64,000 nt of DNA from positions 448,001-512,000 of the forward strand of contig OZ240219.1 of assembly GCA_965197645.1 (NCBI GenBank), written 5' to 3'. This DNA is from Dehalococcoidia bacterium. Lineage in GTDB: Bacteria > Chloroflexota > Dehalococcoidia > Plut-88900. The position numbers were made by a program, and so were the translations under genes. Below the pieces are notes generated by a model. The model was not told where the DNA came from, did not search any database, and saw only the letters and a program-made list of their open reading frames with translations. This document shows, piece by piece, positions 21,655 to 31,376 of this stretch (positions are counted from its first letter, which is position 1; the number at the start of each line of letters is the position of its first letter).

Positions 21655-23136
21655 ATGGACTGGCAAGAGGAATACAGGCGAAAACTGGTCTCCGCCGATG
21701 AAGCCGCCCGGCTGGTGAAGTCCGGCGATAGGGTGGAGATCTCCATCTACCCCACCCCAACCCCTATCCCCGAAGCCATCGCCAGACGCCGGAACGAGCT
21801 TCGGGGTGTCGAGACGGTCATGCCCGAGCCGGCCCACCCTCTTCCCTGGTTCCAGCCCGGCTACGAAGACTCTTTTTCGACGACCCTGGAGGTTCACGTT
21901 GGCATGGGCGGCGGTCGGCCCCTCATGGACGATAAGCGAGCCGACTACTATCCCACGCTCTTTTCGCTGTGGCACAAACCCCAGAGGGAAAACCGGGCCG
22001 GCGCTCCTTCCATAGACGTGTTTATATGCGTCGTCTCCCCGCCGGACAGTAACGGATATTGCAGCTTCGGCGCTCATCTGTGGAACAAGCGCGTCCTGGC
22101 TGAACAGGCCAGAGTCGTCCTCGCCGAGGTGGACAGCACCGCTATACGGACCTACGGCGCCAACTACATCCACATGTCCGAGATCGACTGCTTCGTGGAG
22201 AACACTCCCGAAGTGATGTCGGATGAAGCCCTAGGCCGGCTGATCGAGAGTGTCGCTGACCCCGATGCCAGGGAGGAGCTTGCGGCCCTGGGTCAACGAG
22301 TCGAACCGGAGCGTAGATACGATTTTCTTCCTCCCCTCGCCGGACTGGACGCCGCCACCATCCGCTCCTGGGCCCAGGTATACGGATACCAGCCGGAACC
22401 GGAAGAGGTGGTAAAGACCATCGGCGGCTACGTCTCCGAGATCGTGCAGGACGGAGATACCCTGCAGATCGGGGGCGGCACGCCGACGACCCTCCTTCCC
22501 GGCATTGGCGTCTTCGACGATAAGCACGACTTGGGCATACACTCCGAAATGGCTGCTAGAGGCCTTATCTCGCTGGTAGAGAGGGGGGTGATCACCGGAA
22601 AACGGAAGAACTTCCACGCCGGGAAAGCTGTCCTATCGGCCCTTACTGCCTGCTCTGAAGAAGAGATCCGGTATGCTCACAACAACCCTCTCATCGAGCT
22701 TTACGATACCGACTATGTGGTCAATATCACCAACGTGGCCAAGAACGATGCTATGGTGAGCCTCAACAGCGCCCTCTCCATCGATCTCACGGGTCAGATC
22801 AACGCCGAGACGGTCTTCGGAGGCCGCTATATCGCCGGAACCGGGGGACAGCCGGAGCTTCACATGGGCGCCATATCGGCAAGGGGAGGCAAGGCCATCA
22901 CCTGCCTCCGTTCGACGGCCATGGCGGGCGTAGTTTCTCGCATCGTTCCCCAGCACGAAGCCGGGGCCAGCGTTACGGTTACCAGGGGGTTCGCCGATCA
23001 CGTCGTCACTGAATACGGTATCGCCCGGCTTTTCGGAAAGACATTCAGACAACGAGCTGAAGAGCTTATCGCCGTCGCCCACCCTGATTTCCGTTCAGAC
23101 CTTCGCAAAGAGGCCCGGAAACTCTTCTACCCATGA
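21655..23136 (+). CDS. acetyl-CoA hydrolase/4-hydroxybutyrate CoA-transferase family protein (tandem paralog)
   Basis: Same motifs as upstream gene; true start MDWQEEY aligns with MNWREEY of the paralog. Confidence 0.92.
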   Translation: MDWQEEYRRKLVSADEAARLVKSGDRVEISIYPTPTPIPEAIARRRNELRGVETVMPEPAHPLPWFQPGYEDSFSTTLEVHVGMGGGRPLMDDKRADYYPTLFSLWHKPQRENRAGAPSIDVFICVVSPPDSNGYCSFGAHLWNKRVLAEQARVVLAEVDSTAIRTYGANYIHMSEIDCFVENTPEVMSDEALGRLIESVADPDAREELAALGQRVEPERRYDFLPPLAGLDAATIRSWAQVYGYQPEPEEVVKTIGGYVSEIVQDGDTLQIGGGTPTTLLPGIGVFDDKHDLGIHSEMAARGLISLVERGVITGKRKNFHAGKAVLSALTACSEEEIRYAHNNPLIELYDTDYVVNITNVAKNDAMVSLNSALSIDLTGQINAETVFGGRYIAGTGGQPELHMGAISARGGKAITCLRSTAMAGVVSRIVPQHEAGASVTVTRGFADHVVTEYGIARLFGKTFRQRAEELIAVAHPDFRSDLRKEARKLFYP

Positions 23137-23137
23137 C

Positions 23138-23333
23138 TAACAGGGTGTTGAATAACCCTTTCCGACCATCCCCCTGGCCCCCTTCCTGGCCAGGAAGGGG
23201 GCAGAAGTTATTTCTGAGGGACACCCCTTCGGCGGGCTCAGGGCAGGCTCTCAGACTCCCGGCCCCCAGCAGGCAGTCTGAGAAGAACTTGCTTCGCCCC
23301 TCTGCACAACCCATTGCCCATCAGCCCGCTAAT
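23138..23333 (+). repeat. intergenic REP/MITE-like repeat family 1, copy 1
   Basis: GACCATCCCCCTGGCCCC...CCAGGAAGGGG...GAGGGACACC...CTCAGACTCC...CTTCGCCCCTCTGCAC shared with 30028-30204 and 39140-39316. Confidence 0.9.
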
Positions 23334-23362
23334 CGATTATTCCCACCCGGCGGTCTCGATTA

Positions 23363-24703
23363 ATGCGCGATCTCCTCGGCTCCCTGCCCATCCCCTTCCT
23401 GCACCTGCTCAAGGGTCGCCGGCTGCCTGACGACCTTCTCACCACCCAGCTGGAAAGAGCCTCCAACAACGACCTCTGTCCCATCTGCTACATGGACGCC
23501 GAGACTAGGTACACCTGGCTGTGGAGCCTGATGTGGGAGAGTGTCAACGATCCCGATTCCCGGGACGAGTTCATAGAGGCCGGCGGTCTTTGCCGTGCCG
23601 ACAACTGGGCCATGGTGGAGGTGGCCCTGGTGCAGATAAAGAGCAGCCTGGGCGTGGCTATACTCTTCGAGCACATGGCTCGACTTATCGAACGGGCGAT
23701 AACCGGGAGCGGCGCCTCCCCCGAACCGTGGATCGATGCCTCTCGCCTCCACTTCGATCTCGGCAGAGGCTGCCGGGCCTGCTCGACGGGTAACAGCGCT
23801 GCGCACCGAAGCATTGACCGTCTCGCCCTCGCCGCCCTGGTCCCGGACACACCGCTGTGGCTGGAACGGGCCTTCCCCATGTGCCACGACCACATGCGGT
23901 TGCTCATAAAGAGGACCTCGTCGGCCCGGGCACGAGAAACCTTCGCCGGCCTACAGATGGCCGGCCTGAGACACCTGAGCTCCACGGACCGGCCACCCCC
24001 CGACAAGCTGAAGAAACGCCCTCCCAGGCTGGACGCAGCCCTATTCTCTCGAGGCGACCGGTTTCCCGTCCCCCACGGCGCCCTGAACCTCCACCGGACG
24101 GCAGTGGAAAGATGCCCCATATGCGAATCGCTGGCCTCAGGTGAAAGGGCGCTCATCGAGGACGAACCGTGGTCCGAGGATAGCTTCCAGCCCGACCTGC
24201 CCTGCCTGGGCCATCACCTCCAGCTCGGCGCAGGGAACGATAGACTGGCCGATTCCCTCCGGTCCACGGCCCTCGAGGCACAATCACAACAACTCGGGCT
24301 ACCTCGCACCTCCATCCCTGTCACCCGATGTCCCATCTGCCAGCGAGCAGCCGACCTGGAAGGCGAAATCGTTCAAACTAGAGCAAACCGGTGGACCAAG
24401 GCGGTCAACGGGGATGATCTGATCTGTGTCCGGCACCTGGAATCGATGGCCGGCAGCGAGGTCCTGAAAGATAGAGGGGGGCTGCTGGAAGTACAGGGGG
24501 AACGGTTGGCCTATCTGATCAGAGAGCTCCAGGGATTCATCGCCCTGCACGATTACCGTTCGGCGCAACGCCCTCCGGAGGGCGCCGACTCCCCCTATCG
24601 CTGGGCGCTCCGCTTCTTCACCTCGGAACCGGCGGGCATGGCGCAGCTGTTGAGCGTAGGTGTCGCTGAGCACTTCCTGCCCTCCCGCCGCTCCCCCCAT
24701 TGA
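23363..24703 (+). CDS. DUF6062-like Cys/His-rich protein, four metal-binding repeats
   Basis: CPIC...VNDPDSR...GGLC...LGVAILF resembles DUF6062; further CRAC/CHDH, CPIC/CLGHH, CPIC/CVRH units. Confidence 0.7.
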   Translation: MRDLLGSLPIPFLHLLKGRRLPDDLLTTQLERASNNDLCPICYMDAETRYTWLWSLMWESVNDPDSRDEFIEAGGLCRADNWAMVEVALVQIKSSLGVAILFEHMARLIERAITGSGASPEPWIDASRLHFDLGRGCRACSTGNSAAHRSIDRLALAALVPDTPLWLERAFPMCHDHMRLLIKRTSSARARETFAGLQMAGLRHLSSTDRPPPDKLKKRPPRLDAALFSRGDRFPVPHGALNLHRTAVERCPICESLASGERALIEDEPWSEDSFQPDLPCLGHHLQLGAGNDRLADSLRSTALEAQSQQLGLPRTSIPVTRCPICQRAADLEGEIVQTRANRWTKAVNGDDLICVRHLESMAGSEVLKDRGGLLEVQGERLAYLIRELQGFIALHDYRSAQRPPEGADSPYRWALRFFTSEPAGMAQLLSVGVAEHFLPSRRSPH

Positions 24704-24741
24704 TAACTTTTCCCGGTGGAAGCCTGCCTCAGGGTTAACGC

Positions 24742-27456
24742 TCACCCATCGGAATGGAGCCCGCTTCTCTGATTCGTAATAGAGGGTTCCCGCGCCAGCT
24801 CTTGCCGTATGTTGGCAACCCATTCGGGGTCGAGGCCCAACGCTTTGATTACCGCATCATCGATCTGCTCGCGTACGGGGTCCCAGTCCATTTGGGGGAG
24901 GGGCAGCAGGGTCTCGTTTTCCAGCCAGCCAAACCAGCTGTTCAGCAGGTCGAGCTCGGCTGGTCCCAAAGCGGGGAAGTCAGGCACCGGTAGGGACCGA
25001 AGAGTGTCCAGGGAGAAGGAAGGGTAGGATGGCACACGATTGTCGCGTCCGCCCAACAGAGACAGCAGACCGGGCGTGGAGTTCAGATAGAAGCATAGAG
25101 CCTTGGCGATGTCCGGGTCGTGAACCCGGCAGGGCGTCCAACGCGAGCCGACGGCCCGCTCCGGCAACATCACCGCACCGACTCGCGCAAGGTTCAGCCG
25201 TAGCCGGTGCGGCAAAAGCAGGTCGCTGCGCTGCTCCCAATAGCGGTCAGCCAGGTGACGTTTGGACTCTTTGGGCTCTATGTAAACGTCGGTCTCCGCC
25301 CGCATCGACTGGATAACGTCGGTCTTGTGATACCAGAGCGCGCGGCGGCCCGACGAGGTAGGCATATCCGAGGGCGTGTAGGAATCTCGTACTCGTCTTC
25401 CTTCCGGACCGACGTCGGCCAAGCCGCTCAGTGGTACGGTTGTAACCGAGCCCGGGCTGTCCTCGCTGAGTGTCCTGTAAGCGTCTACGAGAAACGGCGA
25501 CAGGAAGTTGACGGCGAACCAGTCGCCTCGTTCGATACGGCCGGAGTCCACCTGCTGGACTGTAAAGTCATGGGAAACAGAGGTGCCAGTTTCGCCTGCC
25601 CGCTCTATCCTTGCTACGGTGTCCAGCGCTTCCAGGGGCGTCGCCGGGTTGCGAGCTAGATTGACCACCTGCGTGGGAGGCTTCAGCCCCGCGTCCTTCC
25701 ACTCTCGACATACCAGCAACACATCACCGATTTTGGTGTTTTCGGAGAAGAAGATACGGGCAGGGTCGTGGGAGCTGACGATGGTGTCAACGTGATAGCG
25801 AGTTCCCAAAAACTTACGAATCTCTAGGCCTGATCTGTCAGTCATTCCCATGAGAGGCAAAATTGCTGCAATCGTCCCCGTACCGGTTTTACTAAGATGA
25901 TCGGCCAAAACCACGAATGCCCCGCTATTCCCGGCCATGTAGGTGGGCCTGTCTGCAAACAATTCCTTCTCTCGCCTTTTAATTGCCTGCTCGTCAGCGC
26001 GGCTGAACTGGTCGTGGCGCAGGCTGTCCCGGGTGAAGGGCGGGTTCATGATTACCAGGTCCATCGGTGGGGGAGGTCCAGTCATCCCTTCCTCGCTCTC
26101 CACCTGCTGAGTGGTCGATGGCCATGCGGAGAGCCGGGCCTGACCGGAGAGGAAGTCCAAAGAGCCGAGATAGGGCTCACCATCGACGACTCCCAGCAGC
26201 GCCCGGTGAATGTTCATCCGGCTGAACATGGTGGTGGGAGAGAGCATCCCCAGTGTACTGGCAGCCATGTGGGTCGCGGTCAAGTTGACGTCGTAGCCCC
26301 ATAGAACGTCTTCGACAAGCACAAGGCCAAGGGCTTCTTCGTCCTCGGGGTCGCCGGGTCCAGCGGCATTGCGCAGATCGCGGATGCGTTCGGCTGCGGC
26401 CATCAGGAGCGTGCCGGTTCCGCATGCTGGGTCACAGATACGGAGAGCAGCAGCCGCATTTGGGTCGGACCAGTCGGCATCCTGCTCACGTAGGGCCAGG
26501 GAGGCCAACAGCACGGCCGCGGCGGTAGAGGTGTAGTAGGAGCCGTCATAGCGGGCGGTATCCAGCACCTTGTGAAAGATGCGCCCCAGCAGGTCATGGC
26601 GTAGACCAGCCACTTTCTCCGCGATTCGCGCCACCACCTCGGCCAAGCTGCTCACAGCCCGGCCGGTATCGATGTCTGCCGGCAGTGCAGCCAACGCCGT
26701 CCGGCCAGCCTCGAAGACAGGGCGGTAGTCCACTGCTAATATGCCGCGCCAAGCCTCCCGGAAGGCGTTAATCGTCTCTTGCTGTTCGGCGCATATGTTG
26801 GCGCTGGCGGGCGGCCAGTCCCCATTGTACTGGCCAGGGCACTCGGTAGGCAGGTAGCTCTGGACGCGCTGGTGGAACAGCATTGCGGTAGCCACAACCA
26901 GCATTCCCCGCTTGGCGGCCACGAAATAGCGATCGCTTTGCTGTCCTTTCATGGTCTTAGTAGCGGGGAGGTCCAGGGCTCGCGCCAGCGCCCGCCGGAC
27001 GGGCGTTTTCATCCCCTGCACCACGACGTCCAGTCCTTCCGAAAGCATCTGCGCCGCCACGTCCGCACCGCTCAGGGAGCGCGGCGTCTGCTGAATTGCA
27101 TGCGCGAGTTGTGTGACGCCGCCGGTGGACCATTCCCCGGACGGCTCCCCAGCTTTGACTCGGACGGTCCAGGTCAGCGTCGCCTTGGCTAGATTATCCT
27201 CGGTAACGCCTTCGGGATAGCAGACAGCAAACACCACCGTTGCCCGCTTCTGACGCAGACGCATATCGGCGTCCTTGATTGCTTGTGCCTTGCGGTGGAA
27301 CCCGGTTTCCGCCTCGAGAACAACTCGTAAGCCCTCCACCTCCGCCACAACATCCATCCGTTTGCGTCCACTCCGTTGTTCGAAGTCCGCAGCTACTCCT
27401 CGCTTGGTAAGGAGGTGGGCCAAAGCTCGGTTCTGGAACTCCTCTTGCTTCCCCAT
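24742..27456 (-). CDS. type IIG-like restriction-modification enzyme (nuclease + N6-adenine MTase + putative TRD)
   Basis: ICDPACGTG (motif I), IMNPPF (motif IV), GSYYT; N-terminal D...E-x-E nuclease-like segment. Confidence 0.85.
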   Translation of the reverse strand: MGKQEEFQNRALAHLLTKRGVAADFEQRSGRKRMDVVAEVEGLRVVLEAETGFHRKAQAIKDADMRLRQKRATVVFAVCYPEGVTEDNLAKATLTWTVRVKAGEPSGEWSTGGVTQLAHAIQQTPRSLSGADVAAQMLSEGLDVVVQGMKTPVRRALARALDLPATKTMKGQQSDRYFVAAKRGMLVVATAMLFHQRVQSYLPTECPGQYNGDWPPASANICAEQQETINAFREAWRGILAVDYRPVFEAGRTALAALPADIDTGRAVSSLAEVVARIAEKVAGLRHDLLGRIFHKVLDTARYDGSYYTSTAAAVLLASLALREQDADWSDPNAAAALRICDPACGTGTLLMAAAERIRDLRNAAGPGDPEDEEALGLVLVEDVLWGYDVNLTATHMAASTLGMLSPTTMFSRMNIHRALLGVVDGEPYLGSLDFLSGQARLSAWPSTTQQVESEEGMTGPPPPMDLVIMNPPFTRDSLRHDQFSRADEQAIKRREKELFADRPTYMAGNSGAFVVLADHLSKTGTGTIAAILPLMGMTDRSGLEIRKFLGTRYHVDTIVSSHDPARIFFSENTKIGDVLLVCREWKDAGLKPPTQVVNLARNPATPLEALDTVARIERAGETGTSVSHDFTVQQVDSGRIERGDWFAVNFLSPFLVDAYRTLSEDSPGSVTTVPLSGLADVGPEGRRVRDSYTPSDMPTSSGRRALWYHKTDVIQSMRAETDVYIEPKESKRHLADRYWEQRSDLLLPHRLRLNLARVGAVMLPERAVGSRWTPCRVHDPDIAKALCFYLNSTPGLLSLLGGRDNRVPSYPSFSLDTLRSLPVPDFPALGPAELDLLNSWFGWLENETLLPLPQMDWDPVREQIDDAVIKALGLDPEWVANIRQELAREPSITNQRSGLHSDG

Positions 27457-27644
27457 CAATCCTCGCCTTCGAACTGGGGTTCTGCTGCTGTACTGACTAG
27501 CTGGCAGACTAGCTTACATTATCTTTGACGCCAAATGTATGTAAATGCCGTCAGCCGAGCTTTTCCGTTTGTCGTGCGCCAGTTCGTCGGAATCTTCAAC
27601 CCAATCACCTCATCAAGCGTTACAATAGACTGAGGAGACCGGAA

Positions 27645-28280
27645 ATGAAGTTCTTGACCCAGATGTCCCTGCTGCAAAAGCGAATAATCTTCTCCATCGG
27701 GTTGGCGGGTATCGCCGCGTTCGTGTTCACCTTCAATAATCCCCTGGCAGGCGGGCCGGCCAGCACCATGGTCTCCGAGGCCGGCGAGACGATGTCGGTC
27801 ACGCTGGGCATAGTCGACAACGTCAACCTCGATAGCACCGACGAAGGCGTGGGGGTGGACGTGGGGCAGGCGGCCCCCAACTTCAACCTCGAGGACGAGT
27901 CCGGCGAACTTGTCCAGCTCTCCCAGTACCTGGGCGAAAAGGCCGTGGTCGTGAACTTCTGGGCGAGCTGGTGTGCCTTCTGTCTAGAGGAGATGCCCGA
28001 TCTTCAGAGGATCGCCGAAGAGTTCGAGGACGATCTGGTTATCATTGGCATCAACAACATGGAGACGCCACAACAGGGCGACTCCTACGCCGTCGAGCGC
28101 GGCGTGACCTACCCCACCGTTTACTTCCCCAGGGACGCCGCAGTGGTGCAGGCCTACGAGGTGCTGGCCATGCCCACCACCTACTACCTCTCCAAAGACG
28201 GCGTCGTAGTGGTCAGGAAGATCGGCTTCGATACCTTTGAGGGGATAAGGGAGAAGGCCCTTACCGCCATAGAAGGCTAG
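27645..28280 (+). CDS. TlpA/ResA-like membrane-anchored thiol-disulfide redoxin
   Basis: N-terminal TM, APNFNL, VNFWASWCAFC, MPTTYY; GAGGAG RBS. Confidence 0.9.
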   Translation: MKFLTQMSLLQKRIIFSIGLAGIAAFVFTFNNPLAGGPASTMVSEAGETMSVTLGIVDNVNLDSTDEGVGVDVGQAAPNFNLEDESGELVQLSQYLGEKAVVVNFWASWCAFCLEEMPDLQRIAEEFEDDLVIIGINNMETPQQGDSYAVERGVTYPTVYFPRDAAVVQAYEVLAMPTTYYLSKDGVVVVRKIGFDTFEGIREKALTAIEG

Positions 28281-28302
28281 TCCACGCTTTCAGTGCCCCG
28301 CG

Positions 28303-28385
28303 GAGCCTGTTTCAGAACCCTGCGTAGAGGGAGTCCGGAGGGAAACTTCCCTCTGGCAGGGGGTATGGGGGATGTGCCCCCCAAC
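28303..28385 (+). repeat. repeat family 2 (MITE-like), truncated copy
   Basis: GAGCCTGTTTCAGAACCC...GAGTCCGGAGGGAAACTTCCCTC...GGGGGATGTGCCCCC shared with 34537-34736 and 42250-42392. Confidence 0.85.
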
Positions 28386-28462
28386 CCCTTACCTGCCCAC
28401 GTCCACTAAGCTATACTGGGCGCACATCCACGCACGAAGCAAGTTTCATTGGAGGTGAACTG

Positions 28463-29188
28463 ATGGCTGGACACTGGGAGGACCTGAACGTAAACAAGAG
28501 CACTATGGGGGCTTACATCACCCAACCGGATGGTGATGGCCCCCGTCCGGGCGTAGTGGTCATCATGGAGGCCTTTGGAGTCAACGGCCACATAGAATCG
28601 GTGGCGGACAGGCTCGCCGGCGAAGGCTACACAGCGATAGCGCCGGACCTCTTCTACCGGCAGAGCCCTCGCCAGGTCTGCGGTTACGACGAGCTCGACA
28701 AGGCCATCGGCTGGATAGGAAACCTGAAGGACGACGAGGTTATAGCCGATGTCGGCGCCGCTATCGACCATCTCAAATCGCTGTCCAGCAGTCAGGGCGA
28801 TAAGGTGGGCATCGTCGGGTTCTGCGTAGGCGGCCGCATCTCCTACCTGATGGCCGGCAGCAACGACTCGATAGGGGCGGCGTCGGTCTACTACGGCGGG
28901 GGCATCATGGCCGAGTTCGGCGGCCCTCCCACACCCTTCGATCGCACCTCCAACATCAAGGCGCCGGTCCTGGGCTCCTTCGGGGAGAAGGACACCCACC
29001 CCTCCCCCGATGAGGTGCGCCAGATAGAAGCCGAGCTGAACAAGCACGGCGTCGCCAACGATATCCAGATCTATGCCAATGCCGACCACGGCTTCCACTG
29101 CGATGAGCGGGACAGCTACGAGCCCAACGCGGCGAAGGACGCCTGGGCCAGGACCCTGGACTGGTTCTCAACCCACCTGTCCGCTTAG
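28463..29188 (+). CDS. dienelactone hydrolase family protein
   Basis: EAFGVN, APDLF, GFCVGG nucleophile elbow, HGF. Confidence 0.95.
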   Translation: MAGHWEDLNVNKSTMGAYITQPDGDGPRPGVVVIMEAFGVNGHIESVADRLAGEGYTAIAPDLFYRQSPRQVCGYDELDKAIGWIGNLKDDEVIADVGAAIDHLKSLSSSQGDKVGIVGFCVGGRISYLMAGSNDSIGAASVYYGGGIMAEFGGPPTPFDRTSNIKAPVLGSFGEKDTHPSPDEVRQIEAELNKHGVANDIQIYANADHGFHCDERDSYEPNAAKDAWARTLDWFSTHLSA

Positions 29189-29214
29189 CCGGGCACCATC
29201 AACGGAGGGCACAA

Positions 29215-30030
29215 ATGCTGGAAGCCTTTAGCTTAAAGGGCAAGACCGGCCTGGTAACCGGTGGGGGGAGGGGTATCGGCAAAGCGATAGCCCTGACCTT
29301 CGCCGAGGCCGGCGCCGACGTGGCCGTCGCTGCTCGAACGAAAAGAGAAATAGACGAGGTCGCGGCCGAGCTTCAGGCGTTGGGCAGGCGGGCCATCGCC
29401 ATCCAGGCCGATATCTCCGACTCGCAACAGGTCGACGAGATGGTAGCCCGGGCAACCGACTACCTGGGTCGCATCGATATCCTGGTGAACAACGCCGGCA
29501 CCGGACGAGGGGGTACCATCGCTCCGATTCCCGACCCCGTTGCCGAATGGCCAGACGCCGACCATAAGGGCGGCACCACCGACGAAGACTGGGACGTGAC
29601 CATGAGGGTCAACCTGGACAGCGCCTTCTACTGCAGCAGAGCCGTCGGCGCCCAGATGATCGAACGTCGCTACGGCAAAGTGATAAATATATCCTCCACC
29701 AACGCCATCATCGCCTACCCTGGAGTAGGGGCCTACAGCGCCAGCAAGATCGGTATGAACATGTTGACCAAGATTCTGGCCGGCGAGTGGGCTCGTTACA
29801 ACATATGCGTAAATTGCATCGGTCCGGGCTGGTTCATGACCGAGATGAGCCGGGAAGGCTTCGAAGACCCGGAGATCTCCAAGGTCAGGATGAGCCAGAT
29901 CCCCATGGGTAGGCTAACCGACGTCAAGGACCTGGGCTACATGGCCGTCTATTTGGCCAGCCCGGCCGCGGACTGGCTGACGGGCCAGATCATCTACCTG
30001 GATGGCGGAGAGTCCGCTAAGGTGATCTAG
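29215..30030 (+). CDS. short-chain dehydrogenase/reductase
   Basis: TGGGRGIG, NNAG, YSASK, DGG. Confidence 0.95.
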   Translation: MLEAFSLKGKTGLVTGGGRGIGKAIALTFAEAGADVAVAARTKREIDEVAAELQALGRRAIAIQADISDSQQVDEMVARATDYLGRIDILVNNAGTGRGGTIAPIPDPVAEWPDADHKGGTTDEDWDVTMRVNLDSAFYCSRAVGAQMIERRYGKVINISSTNAIIAYPGVGAYSASKIGMNMLTKILAGEWARYNICVNCIGPGWFMTEMSREGFEDPEISKVRMSQIPMGRLTDVKDLGYMAVYLASPAADWLTGQIIYLDGGESAKVI

Positions 30031-30204
30031 CAGGGTGTCGGAGCACCCTTTCGCGACCATCCCCCTGGCCCCCTTCCTGGCCAGGAAGGGGGCCGAAAAA
30101 GAGATAGTTTCTGAGGGACACCCTCAGACTCCCGGCCCCCAGCAGGTAGTCTCAGAAGAACTTGCTTCGCCCCTCTGCACACCCCGTGCATCATCGGCCG
30201 GTTA
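30028..30204 (+). repeat. repeat family 1, copy 2
   Basis: Fills the entire gap between convergent SDR and threonine synthase stop codons. Confidence 0.9.
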
Positions 30205-31368
30205 GAGGACGTCGAGGTACTTCAACCCCGACCCGGTGTTGATGAGCAAGACAGTATCGGTGGGTGACACGGAGCCCGCCTTCAGCAGCTTCTTGAGCCC
30301 CGCCAGAGTCGCCGCACCCTCCGGGCAGGCGAAGATCCCTTCCGTCGAGGCGATCTCCCCGACACATCCGGCCATCTCCTGGTCAGACACTGTGAGCGCC
30401 GTTCCCCCGCTGCTCCTGACCGTATCCAGTATCAAGTAGTCGGCCACGGGCGAAGGGACCCTGAGTCCAGCAGCCATGGTGGAGGGATCGGGCCACGGTT
30501 CCGCCGACTCCGTTCCCTCCTCGAACGCCTTGACGATAGGTGCGCACCCCTCCGCTTGTACGGCCACCATGCGAGGTCTTTCGCTCCCTATCCAACCTAT
30601 GGCTTCCATCTCCTCGAACCCCTTCCATATTCCGAGCAGGCCGGTGCCGCCACCCGTTGGATAGACGATGACGTCCGGCAGCTTCCAGCCCATCTGCTCC
30701 GCTATCTCCAGTCCGAGGGTCTTCTTCCCCTCCAACCGGTACGGCTCACAGAGGGTGGACACATCGAACAGCCCCCGCTTCTCGGCCCGTAGACGCATCT
30801 CCCTTCCGGCATCGGCGATGGACCCTGGAACGAAGGCCAGCTTCGCTCCGTAAGCCCTGCACTCCTCAACGTTTGCCCTGGGGGTGGTATCCGGCAGCAC
30901 CACGTATGCCTCGATCCCTCCTCGAGCGCAGTAGGCCGCCATCGATCCGGCCGCGTTTCCCGCCGAGGGCATACCCAGCCGGTCCGATCCCAGCTCCCAA
31001 GCCCTGGAGACCGCAGCGGAGAGACCTCTATCCTTGAAGGAACCGGTGGGATTCAGTCCTTCGTCCTTGATGTACAGATCGGCGCACCCGATCCGCGTTC
31101 CCAGGCGCTGGGCCTTGGCTATGGGGGTGAACCCCTCTCCCAGGCTGATGACCCGGCCGGGGTCTCGCACCGGCAGCAGCTCGTGGTAGCGCCACATAGT
31201 GGAAGGACGCCCCGAAAGCTGCTCCTTGGTGAGGTCTTGAGCTATCTGCGTCAGGTCGTACCGGGCGTACAGCACCTTGTCGCAGTCGGGACACAGGTTT
31301 TGCGGTACATCCGCGGAGTGGGACTTACCGCAGCCGGTACACTCAAGGCGAGAGAGGTAGCTATACAC
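30202..31368 (-). CDS. thrC: threonine synthase (PLP-dependent, N-terminal Zn ribbon)
   Basis: SLGEGFTP, NPTGSFKDRG, SAGNA, EGKKT, PTGGG, NTGSGLK. Confidence 0.85.
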   Translation of the reverse strand: MYSYLSRLECTGCGKSHSADVPQNLCPDCDKVLYARYDLTQIAQDLTKEQLSGRPSTMWRYHELLPVRDPGRVISLGEGFTPIAKAQRLGTRIGCADLYIKDEGLNPTGSFKDRGLSAAVSRAWELGSDRLGMPSAGNAAGSMAAYCARGGIEAYVVLPDTTPRANVEECRAYGAKLAFVPGSIADAGREMRLRAEKRGLFDVSTLCEPYRLEGKKTLGLEIAEQMGWKLPDVIVYPTGGGTGLLGIWKGFEEMEAIGWIGSERPRMVAVQAEGCAPIVKAFEEGTESAEPWPDPSTMAAGLRVPSPVADYLILDTVRSSGGTALTVSDQEMAGCVGEIASTEGIFACPEGAATLAGLKKLLKAGSVSPTDTVLLINTGSGLKYLDVL

Positions 31369-31376
31369 GTTCGATG

